A stretch of 55,616 nt of DNA from Thermoplasmata archaeon (lineage in GTDB: Archaea > Thermoplasmatota > Thermoplasmata > UBA10834), in assembly GCA_021789945.1 (NCBI GenBank), contig JAJYIS010000003.1:1-55616 (forward strand), given 5' to 3'. The position numbers and the translations under genes are program-made. Positions 47,575-55,616 of this stretch are shown in pieces. The first letter of the stretch is position 1; every line of letters starts with the position of its first letter. The notes beneath the pieces were generated by a model. That model was given only the letters and a program-made list of their open reading frames with translations, had not been told where the DNA came from and searched no databases.

Positions 47575-48366
47575 TTGCCGGTGAGATTGGTAGAGTGCAG
47601 CTCAGCGCTGTCGAGGTCTCGCCTTCCAGGCCTCGACTGGGCCCTCAACCCGTATCGAGGCTGTTCCCACGGCTGCGCCTACTGCTATGCCCAAGACGTC
47701 ACGCGGTTCGACACGAGCGTCCCCTGGGGGCAATCGGTCGAGGTGAAGGTGAACATCGTCCAGAGGCTGAAGAAGGAGCTGGACAAGGGCATCGAGGGGG
47801 TCGTCGGCGTAGGCACGGTGACGGACCCATACCAGCCGCTCGAGAGGAAGTACGAGCTGACCAGAGGCTGCCTCACCCTCATGAAGCGGCACGGCGTCCG
47901 GGCCAGCATCCTGACGAAGTCCTCACTGGTCCTCAGGGACCTCGATGTCCTCAGGTCGTGGCCGCACGTCGAGGTCGGGATCAGCGTATCGAGCCTGGAC
48001 GATTCTGTCGCTGGCCTCGTCGAGCCCGGCGCGAGCCCGCCGAGAGATAGGATGGACGCTTTGTCCGAGCTCGGAAGGAACGGGGTGAGCGCGTACCTGA
48101 TGGTCGCGCCCGTGATCCCCTCGGTCTCGGACGCGGACGAGAGCCTGAGACTCCTCGTGCGTGAGGCGTCCAAGGCGCGGGTGCGCTACGTCATGTGGGA
48201 CATGTACAACCCCAAGCCGCTCGCGTCCGCTAGGCTGAATGCGCGCCTATCAGCCATTGACGTTCACCCGACCTCGCGCGGTCCCGAGGAGCCCGTCAAT
48301 CGGGTCAGGAGGACGCTCGAGAAGGCCTGCTCGGCAGAGGGATTGAGGTTGGTCGACGCGTTCTGA
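47575..48366 (+). CDS. Radical SAM protein, spore photoproduct lyase-like family
   Basis: LNPYRGCSHGCAYCYA, TDPYQP.E, LTKS.LV.RD, EPGA.PP..R; start TTG 47575 or GTG 47581. Confidence 0.88.
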   Translation: MPVRLVECSSALSRSRLPGLDWALNPYRGCSHGCAYCYAQDVTRFDTSVPWGQSVEVKVNIVQRLKKELDKGIEGVVGVGTVTDPYQPLERKYELTRGCLTLMKRHGVRASILTKSSLVLRDLDVLRSWPHVEVGISVSSLDDSVAGLVEPGASPPRDRMDALSELGRNGVSAYLMVAPVIPSVSDADESLRLLVREASKARVRYVMWDMYNPKPLASARLNARLSAIDVHPTSRGPEEPVNRVRRTLEKACSAEGLRLVDAF

Positions 48367-48465
48367 GCCGAATGAGATATCCAGATGGCACGAAGATCGA
48401 GGACATTGTCCTGCACAATGGTTATATAGAAGTTCTATCATACTCGGCGCAGGTGAAGTGATTCT

Positions 48466-50115
48466 ATGTTGGGAGGCCAACCCGTTATTGTGCTCAAGGA
48501 AGGAACGGAATCCACCAAGGGCAAGACCGCTCACGACAACAACATCGCGGCGGCCAAGGCAGTGGCGGATGCCGTGCGCAGCACCCTGGGTCCGAAGGGC
48601 ATGGACAAGATGCTAGTGGACAGCATGGGCGACATCGTCATCACGAATGACGGCGCAACGATCTTGAAGGAACTGGATATCGAACACCCCGCGGCGAAGA
48701 TGGTCGTCGAGGTCTCGAAGACGCAGGACAACGAGTGCGGCGACGGCACGACGAGCGCGGTCGTCATCGCCGGCGAGCTGTTGAAGAAGTCCGAGGCGCT
48801 GATCGAGCAGAACGTCCATCCGACTGTGATCTCGAACGGATTCCGGCTCGCGGCCAACGAGGCCGTGAAGATCCTGAGGGGCATAGGTATAGAGGTGTCT
48901 CCGACCGACAAGAAGTCCCTCCGGCTCATCGCCATGACCGCGATGACTGGGAAGGGCGTCGGCGGGGAGCGCAACTCGCTCTCCGACATCGCTGTCGAGG
49001 CCGTGTCCTCGATAGCCGAGAAGGTGGACGGCAAGTGGGTGGCGGACATCGACAACATCCAGGTTGAGAAGAAGCACGGCGGCGCTGTCTCTGACACGAA
49101 GCTGATCAAGGGCCTCGTCCTCGACAAGGAGCGCGCTCACCCGAGGATGCCGAGGCTGCTGAAGGGCGCGAAGATCGCGCTGGTCGACTCGGCGCTCGAG
49201 ATCAAGAAGACCGAGGTCGAGGCGAAGATCCAGATCCGCGACCCGACCCAAATGCAGATGTTCCTGGACGAGGAGGAGAAGGCTCTCAGGACGATGGTCG
49301 AGAAGGTCAAGGCATCGGGCGCGAATGTGCTCATCTGCGAGAAGGGCATCGACGACCTGGCGCAGCACTATCTGGCCAAGGAAGGCATCTACGCCGTCAG
49401 GCGCGTGAAGAGGTCGGACATGGAGAAGCTCGCGAAGGCTACGGGAGGCAAGATTATTGCCAACCTCGACGACCTGAAGGCTTCCGAGCTCGGAGCCGCC
49501 GAGCAGGTCGAGGAGCTCAAGATATCCGACTCCGACATGACCTTCATAACCGGATGCAAGAACCCGAAGGCGGTGTCAATATTGATCAGGGGCGGCACCG
49601 AGCATGTCGTCGACGAGGTCGAGAGGGGCCTGCACGACGCGCTCAAGGTGGTCGCGGTCGCAATCGAAGATGGAATCGCAGTGCCGGGCGGAGGCGCGCC
49701 CGAGATCGAGGTCGCCCTGAAGCTCAGGGACTATGGTCAGAGCGTCGGCGGCCGGGAGCAGCTGGCAATCGAGGCCTTCGCAGAGGCCCTCGAGGTCATC
49801 CCTTGGACACTCGCGGAGAACGCGGGCATGGACTCGATCGACATAATGATCGAGCTCAAGAACGCCCACATGAAGAAGTCCGGGAAGAACGCCGGCGTCG
49901 ATGTCGAGAACAACAAGGTCTCCGACATGGTGAGCGCGAAGGTCATCGAGCCCCTGAGGGTCAAGACCCAGGCGATCCAGTCGGCGACCGAAGTGGCATC
50001 CATGATCCTGAGGATCGACGACGTCATCGCGTCCAAGAGGTCCGCCGCGCCAGAAGGCCCGCCACCCGGAGCAGGCATGGGCGGCATGGGCGGAATGCCC
50101 CCGGGCATGATGTGA
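48466..50115 (+). CDS. ths: Thermosome (group II chaperonin) subunit
   Basis: [27 protein letters not shown] tail; GGTGA SD. Confidence 0.97.
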   Translation: MLGGQPVIVLKEGTESTKGKTAHDNNIAAAKAVADAVRSTLGPKGMDKMLVDSMGDIVITNDGATILKELDIEHPAAKMVVEVSKTQDNECGDGTTSAVVIAGELLKKSEALIEQNVHPTVISNGFRLAANEAVKILRGIGIEVSPTDKKSLRLIAMTAMTGKGVGGERNSLSDIAVEAVSSIAEKVDGKWVADIDNIQVEKKHGGAVSDTKLIKGLVLDKERAHPRMPRLLKGAKIALVDSALEIKKTEVEAKIQIRDPTQMQMFLDEEEKALRTMVEKVKASGANVLICEKGIDDLAQHYLAKEGIYAVRRVKRSDMEKLAKATGGKIIANLDDLKASELGAAEQVEELKISDSDMTFITGCKNPKAVSILIRGGTEHVVDEVERGLHDALKVVAVAIEDGIAVPGGGAPEIEVALKLRDYGQSVGGREQLAIEAFAEALEVIPWTLAENAGMDSIDIMIELKNAHMKKSGKNAGVDVENNKVSDMVSAKVIEPLRVKTQAIQSATEVASMILRIDDVIASKRSAAPEGPPPGAGMGGMGGMPPGMM

Positions 50116-50131
50116 GGATAATCAAACACCT

Positions 50132-50168
50132 TGGAGGCCCCGCGCCTCCATTATCGTCCTTTTTTTTC
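50132..50168 (+). terminator. Hairpin plus U8 terminator of the thermosome gene
   Basis: TGGAGGC-CCCGC-GCCTCCA followed by a T8 run at 50160-50167. Confidence 0.65.
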
Positions 50169-50242
50169 GCACTTTTGTGAAGCTAGCGCACGCTCGTCAT
50201 CGTCGTGAAAATGCACCATTTGTGGTCGGGCGGCCTTCTAGC

Positions 50243-50524
50243 TCATCTCTGATCTAGTATCTTGATGAGGTGGAACCCGAACTTCGTCTTGACGGGCCCG
50301 ACCACATTGCCCTTCTCTCCCTCGAACGCGGCCTTCTCGAACTCCTGGACCATCTGGCCTTTGCCGAACCAACCGAGGTCTCCGCCCTGCTTTCCGGACG
50401 GACAATCTGAGTGCTTCTTTGCGAGGTCTGCGAAGCTCACTCCAGCGTTCAACTTCGTGAGCAGATCCTTCGCCTGGTCTTCCGACTTCACAAGAATGTG
50501 CGCTGCGTGGACTTGCTTTGGCAT
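50243..50524 (-). CDS. Parvulin-type peptidyl-prolyl isomerase (PpiC-like)
   Basis: HILV, F..LA..HS.CPS...GGDLG.F..GQMV.EFE, T.FGFHLI. Confidence 0.93.
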   Translation of the reverse strand: MPKQVHAAHILVKSEDQAKDLLTKLNAGVSFADLAKKHSDCPSGKQGGDLGWFGKGQMVQEFEKAAFEGEKGNVVGPVKTKFGFHLIKILDQR

Positions 50525-51591
50525 ATGGCCTCGATAGGTCGCGTACGGGTTAAAATCTTCTGCATGGCGTGTCGTCTCGATTTTTCGTACTTTTTCCGGC
50601 GCGCGTCTGCATGTATGGCTGCCTTTCTGGATGTATTCCCAAGTGCCCTTGAACGCTGGATTTCACTAGCGCGGGCGGGTCAAATCTCCTCTTGATCTCG
50701 TTGCTCAATGCCCTCGATTCTGCAGTTAAATCCCCCTCAATTCTGCTGTGATTCTGTGCGTTTGATTTGGTCCGATTTTGCACCATAAGTCGGTGATTCC
50801 CAAGCGTGTACAGCATAGAGCTATATTCTTTGATGTATTATAGTTTCTAAGATTACTAGGTTGATATGGGCGCTATACATTCGTTCCCACGAGAAGAGAC
50901 CTGGCAGGATTCCCAGTCTGCGCCCAGACTGAGACTGTGGCTATCGCTCTTGCGTGCAGCCTAATGTGGCCAGTAGGGTCGTCCAGATGTTAACTAGATG
51001 GTCTTCAGAGGGCGTTCCAGATCTCATAGAACTGCGGATCTGAGCCTGGTCGCATCTGGGTCGGGGATGACGGAGCGCACGAGAAGCTGAAGGGCACGTA
51101 TGCGGAGTCTGCCACGTTATAGCATGACAAGGAACCCCACCGTGATATAACTTAGCACGCTGTCGGCTGCTGTCGGACGACATTATCGAATAATGATTCA
51201 ATAAGTGACTAGGTATCTAATGCGCATAAATTAGTATAGCTAATAAGTATAATGAATGCTGGTGTCTTGCCCCCGTAGGGGGCAAAGTGGGGAAGTAGCT
51301 CCTAGGATCGGGGGTTTTGCTGTTTCCTCATGGTGTTTTTCTGGTTTGCAGCTCTTCCGTGATACGAAATGTCATGCTCCTGAACTCGATCCCCTTCTGG
51401 TTGGCTCGTTCTATGGGGGCGGAAAAACCGTGACGTCAACAAATAGGGTATTTGTCGCCGTTTTCACGAGGGAAAGCAGGGGGCGGAGGCTGCTGAGGGC
51501 ATTTTGCAGCGAAAATGCGACATTTTAAATATGCTCAAAACTCATGCTTTTGTCGGACAATCGTCCGAAGCGAAGGGATGGGGAATCTAGC

Positions 51592-52248
51592 ATGCGCAAG
51601 TATCTCAAGCAGGATGAGCTAAGGGCCCTGCTCGAGGCTCCGAGACGGATGAGGGACCGTCTCATCATCAAACTTCTCTATGAAACGGGGATGAGGGTGG
51701 GCGAGCTCGTCGCCTTGACAATCGGTGACGTGGATCTCGAGGCGAGCGAGATCACGATACAGGAGGCGAAGAGGCACAAGGAGGGCAGGAAGGTCCCCCT
51801 TGTCAACAGCTGGACGAAGACGATGTTGCGTGACTACATCGGGACGAGGAAGGTCTGGAAGGACCCGCTTTTCGTCTCGAACAAGAGGATGCCGCTGTCC
51901 AGGCGCCAGGTGGAGAGGCTGATCTCCAACTACGGCGCCCAGATCGGCCTGGACAAGGACAAGAGGCACCCGCACGTGCTGCGCCACACGCATGCCGTCT
52001 ACTCCCTGAAGTCTGGCATCGACCTCAGGACGCTGCAGCAGAACCTCGGCCATTCCAGCATAGAGGTGACCGCCATCTACCTCACCATGGACATCGACGA
52101 CAGGAAGGAGGAGTACTCCAAGCACCCGCTGCCGTCGACCGAGAACGATTCTGAGGAAGTGGCCGAGCCCAAGGCCGAACACGAGAGCGATGGGCCAGCG
52201 GTGGCCTCGAATCACAGCACCTCGTTTGTGATCGGGAGCGGCGTATAG
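51592..52248 (+). CDS. Tyrosine recombinase, catalytic domain only (218 aa)
   Basis: TGMRVGE, K in AKRHK, HVLRH, LGH, TAIY; no N-terminal core-binding domain; acidic tail. Confidence 0.9.
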   Translation: MRKYLKQDELRALLEAPRRMRDRLIIKLLYETGMRVGELVALTIGDVDLEASEITIQEAKRHKEGRKVPLVNSWTKTMLRDYIGTRKVWKDPLFVSNKRMPLSRRQVERLISNYGAQIGLDKDKRHPHVLRHTHAVYSLKSGIDLRTLQQNLGHSSIEVTAIYLTMDIDDRKEEYSKHPLPSTENDSEEVAEPKAEHESDGPAVASNHSTSFVIGSGV

Positions 52249-52395
52249 TTTACGGCTATACTATTAAACTAGATAAACTATTTTCATATATTATTATATC
52301 AAATAACTAGAACGGCCCTGCCCCGAGGATTTTCGGGGCAGTTGTCCCTCGCGCACGATTAATCTATAATACGGGTCGGGCGATGTTGAAGAAGA

Positions 52396-53784
52396 ATGCA
52401 GGAACCGTGGACCGAGAAGTATCGTCCAAGGTCGCTCAGGGATATCATCGGTAATGAGATGGCCGTCCGTGCGATGAGGCGGTGGGCCGAATCCTGGACC
52501 TCTGGCATGCCGAGGAGGAAGGCGCTAGTGCTTATGGGGGAGCCCGGTATCGGGAAGACCAGCGCCGCCCTCGCCCTCGCGACCGACATGAGATGGGACC
52601 ACATCGAGATGAACGCCTCGGACCACAGGAACGCCTCGTCAATCCAGAGCGTCGCAGGCGCCGGCTCGGCGAACCAGACCTTCTCGGACTCGGGCGAGTT
52701 CATGTCGACCAGCCGGGGCATGAGGAAGCTGGTGATCCTCGACGAGGCGGACAACCTGTTCGGGAACCAGGACAGGGGAGGCGCGAAGGCCATATCGGAG
52801 ACGATAAGGGACTCCGGCCAGCCCATCATCCTGATCGTGAACGACTACAACGAGCTCGCGAGGAAGTCCCCCGCCGTGAAGACTCTCGCGGAGAAGGCGG
52901 TCTTCTCAAGGCTTTCTGCGGCGGAGGTGATGAGGGTGCTGAAATCCATCCTGGCGAGCGAGGACCTGACCGTCCCTGCGGCGGTCCTGGAGAGGATATC
53001 CGCCAACGCGGGCGGCGACCTCAGGGCCGCGATCAACGACCTCCAGATGATCACCGAGGGGAGGACCGATTTCGAGCACGTCGACGCTGACGCGCTCGGC
53101 AAGCGCAACCAGGACAAGGAGATGCAGGATGTCTTCAGGGCGATGTTCAGGTCGCAGAGCATCAGGGACGCGCGGGACTCTACTTTCGGCCTGGACATGA
53201 CCCCGGACGACCTCATCATGTGGATCGAGGAGAGCGCCCCCGCAGAGATCAGGGAGCCAGCCTGCCTGGCCGGAGCGTTCGACTCGATATCGAAGTCGGA
53301 CGTCTTCCTGGGCCGCACCAGGCAGCTCCAGCATTACGGCCTATGGGCGTACGCGAAGGAACTGATGACGGGCGGGGTCGCGCTCGCCAAGGCGGGAAGC
53401 CCGGGCCCGGGGCCTCCGGAGTACAGGTTCCCTGGCCAGTTCATCGTCATGTCGAGGGCGAAGGGCCCGCGCGCGGTCAGAAACGCGGTCGCGGACAAGG
53501 TCGCACAGTACACCCACACATCCAGGAGATGCGCTCTTGACTCCACTGTGCCGGTCCTATCGGTGATGGTCAAGAGGGACGACGAGTTGCTCCTCGAGAT
53601 GGGGAGGACCCTCGATCTGGACGATGCGGACGTCGGGTATCTCTTGGGGGTCGACCCCGACTCGAGCAGGGTCTCGCACGCGATGAACCGCATCAGGGGC
53701 GACGCTGCGCGGGCGGAGGATGCTGGCAAGGCCGAGAAGGGTCCTGGCCGGCCGAGGGGAAGGAAGGGACTGACTGAGTTCTGA
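52396..53784 (+). CDS. rfcL: Replication factor C large subunit
   Basis: WTEKYRP, GEPGIGKT, EMNASD, DEADN, GDLRAAINDLQ, Y.LW.YA. Confidence 0.94.
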   Translation: MQEPWTEKYRPRSLRDIIGNEMAVRAMRRWAESWTSGMPRRKALVLMGEPGIGKTSAALALATDMRWDHIEMNASDHRNASSIQSVAGAGSANQTFSDSGEFMSTSRGMRKLVILDEADNLFGNQDRGGAKAISETIRDSGQPIILIVNDYNELARKSPAVKTLAEKAVFSRLSAAEVMRVLKSILASEDLTVPAAVLERISANAGGDLRAAINDLQMITEGRTDFEHVDADALGKRNQDKEMQDVFRAMFRSQSIRDARDSTFGLDMTPDDLIMWIEESAPAEIREPACLAGAFDSISKSDVFLGRTRQLQHYGLWAYAKELMTGGVALAKAGSPGPGPPEYRFPGQFIVMSRAKGPRAVRNAVADKVAQYTHTSRRCALDSTVPVLSVMVKRDDELLLEMGRTLDLDDADVGYLLGVDPDSSRVSHAMNRIRGDAARAEDAGKAEKGPGRPRGRKGLTEF

Positions 53785-53797
53785 GAGGGTCGTCGCA

Positions 53798-54726
53798 TTG
53801 ACTTCGAGAACCGTTGAGCATCTGGAGAAGCAGCAGTACAGGCTCGTGGGGGAGAGCGGGGCGGTCAAGCTCTGCCACTGGATGCGCCAGAAGCTCTTGT
53901 ACGGGCGCCCGTGCTACAAGGAGGAGTTCTACGGGATCGAATGTCACCGCTGCCTCCAGATGACGCCCTCCGTGAATGTGTGCAACATGAGGTGCCTCTT
54001 CTGCTGGCGGTATCACGGGATGACAGGGTTCGAGGGAGCATCCCACACCGAGCCCGAGGCGCTCCTGGACGGATGCATCTCCGAGCAGAGGTTCCTCGTC
54101 TCGGGCTTCAAGGGGGATCCCAGGTGCGGCGAGAGGCTCTGGAATGAGGCGAGGGAGCCGAACCAGGTGGCCATATCGCTCTCCGGAGAGCCCACGCTGT
54201 ACCCGACCTCGGGGAGTTCATCGCGCTTTGCAAGAGGCGGGGCATGACGACCTTCCTTGTGACGAACGGCACCGTCCCAAAGGCGCTGGCCAACCTGTCG
54301 ACACTTCCCACTCAGCTCTATGTCACGGTCGCGGCCCCGAACAAGAAGCTGTTCGAGAGGCTCTGCGTCCCCCAGTCCTCCCGCGCTTGGGAGGGCCTGA
54401 TGGAGACTCTCGAGCTGCTGCCGTCACTATCCACCAGGACCGTCGTCAGGCACACGCTCGTGGACGGCTGGAACCTCGGCTGGGAGGACGAGTACGCAGA
54501 GCTGGACAGGCTGGCGGACCCGACCTTCGTCGAGCCCAAGGGGTACGTGTTCGTGGGAGACTCGCGCACTAGGATGACCGTCGGCAACATGCCCTCGCAC
54601 GCCTCCGTCAGGGAGTTCTCGGCGAGGCTCTCGAAGCGCTTGTCCCTAGACGTGCTCGGAGAGCGCGAGGATAGCAGGATCGTCCTGCTCGGCAGGAAGG
54701 GCGCGAAGCTCAGGGTGAGGGGCTAG
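53798..54726 (+). pseudogene. taw1: 4-demethylwyosine synthase Taw1/TYW1, split by an apparent 1-nt deletion near 54206 (or a sequencing error)
   Basis: Frame 1 has VKLCHW, CYK..FYGI..HRC.QMTP, CNMRCLFC, SLSGEPTLYP; the shifted frame continues LGEFIALCKRRGMTTFLVTNGT..PTQLY..EPKGYVFVG. Confidence 0.85.
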
Positions 54727-54731
54727 AATGC

Positions 54732-55616
54732 TCACTTCAGCCTGATGGTCTCGAGGTTCATCGGCGCCCGGGTCTCGATGCCGAACTTCTTGTACAGGGT
54801 GCTTGCCAGGTCCGCGCACTTGAAGTCCTCACCGTGGCAGATGATGATGCGCTCTGGCCTCGGCTCGAGGGTGCTCACGTAGTTCACGAGCTGCCTCCTG
54901 TCCGAGTGGCCGGAGAAGCCGTCGACGTTCTCCACATCCATCTTGAGGTGCAGGTTGAGGGGCTTCCCCTTCTCGGTGAGGGTTATGTCCGACCAGCCCT
55001 TCTGGATCTTCCGGCCCATGGTGCCGTCCCCCTGGTAGCCGACGAACACGAGCGAGTTCTTGTCGTCGTCGCACCAGGCCTTGAAGTACTCCATCACCGG
55101 GCCGCCGTTCATCATGCCGCTCGTAGCGAGGACGATGCACGGCTCAGGGTCGTGGCAGATGCGCTCCCTCATCTCGGAGCTGTCCACGCGCTTGAATATG
55201 TCCGACAGGAACGGGTTCTCGCCCATCTGGAATATCTGCGTCCGGAGCTGGCTGTTGAGGTACTCCGGATACGCCGTGTGAATGGCAGTCGCCTCCCAGA
55301 TCATCCCGTCCAGGTAGACCGGGGCCCTCGGTATCTGGTGGTTCCTCATCTGCTCTTCGAGGACCAGCATGACCTCCTGGGACCTCCCGACCGCGAAGAC
55401 GGGTACGAGCACCCTGCCTCCGCGGACGAGGGTGGTGCGAACGATCTCCTTCAGCTGGTTGCCCGCCTCCTGCCTGCTGGGCTGCATGTCGTGGTATCCG
55501 CCGTATGTCGACTCGATGACCAAGGTCTCGAGCCTCGGGAACTTGTTGACCGATGCGTTGAACAGCCAGGACTTCTCGAACTTTATGTCGCCCGTGAAGG
55601 CGATGTTGTACAACCC
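54732..55616 (-). CDS. fttA: Beta-CASP ribonuclease aCPSF1 (transcription termination factor), partial
   Basis: TGD, ESTYG, FAVGRSQE, TSGM.NGGP, GFSGHSD, HGE, NLETIRL. Confidence 0.93.
   Translation of the reverse strand, partial: GLYNIAFTGDIKFEKSWLFNASVNKFPRLETLVIESTYGGYHDMQPSRQEAGNQLKEIVRTTLVRGGRVLVPVFAVGRSQEVMLVLEEQMRNHQIPRAPVYLDGMIWEATAIHTAYPEYLNSQLRTQIFQMGENPFLSDIFKRVDSSEMRERICHDPEPCIVLATSGMMNGGPVMEYFKAWCDDDKNSLVFVGYQGDGTMGRKIQKGWSDITLTEKGKPLNLHLKMDVENVDGFSGHSDRRQLVNYVSTLEPRPERIIICHGEDFKCADLASTLYKKFGIETRAPMNLETIRLK

Noticed and set aside
50525-51591. Replication origin, integron attC array, CRISPR array, or the small ORFs at 50550-50816, 50941-51201 and 51256-51528
   Set aside because: No clear ORB motifs or cdc6 neighbour, no IntI-type insertion or cassettes, no regularly spaced repeats; the ORFs lack typical codon bias and motifs.
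43670-52248. Integrated element from tRNA-Ser to the recombinase
   Set aside because: Intervening genes are core (apgM, thermosome), and I saw no duplicated tRNA 3' end.
45-55281. Numerous long antisense or alternate-frame ORFs (e.g. 986-2560, 14343-15674, 23066-24580, 38215-39765)
   Set aside because: Shadow ORFs expected from high GC3; they overlap well-supported genes and lack motifs.
1-55616. Selenocysteine or pyrrolysine readthrough
   Set aside because: Recognised proteins appear complete at their stops; the only broken gene (taw1) is a frameshift.

Overview
GC-rich archaeal chromosomal segment. The gene set (RibL, RFC-S/L, L40e, thermosome, Hjc, Trm1, Taw1, aCPSF1, DnaG, class V FBP aldolase/phosphatase) suggests Thermoplasmatota, probably a relative of Methanomassiliicoccales; this is an inference and was not searched. 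About 50 densely packed, mostly housekeeping genes cover riboflavin/NAD/purine/pterin synthesis, gluconeogenesis, a 2-oxoacid:ferredoxin oxidoreductase plus ADP-forming acyl-CoA synthetase, archaetidylserine/ethanolamine synthesis, tRNA modification, and replication/repair. One tRNA-Ser(CGA), rpl40e and a partial ribL were found outside the ORF track. I saw no CRISPR array, IS element or prophage. The most unusual signals are: (1) a ~215-nt structured leader closed by a 12-bp long-range helix, upstream of an operon of dnaG and a soluble, protease-less, Zn-finger Lon-type AAA+ ATPase, next to a ubiquitin-like SAMP gene; (2) a catalytic-domain-only tyrosine recombinase set among AT-rich patches carrying repeated, inverted and dif-like motifs; (3) an apparent promoter-to-terminator unit of ~100 nt with no credible ORF (candidate sRNA); (4) a tandem RHH regulator with a perfect 9-bp operator; and (5) a one-base frameshift in taw1. 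Start codons were trimmed by eye where homology or a TATA/SD position suggested it.
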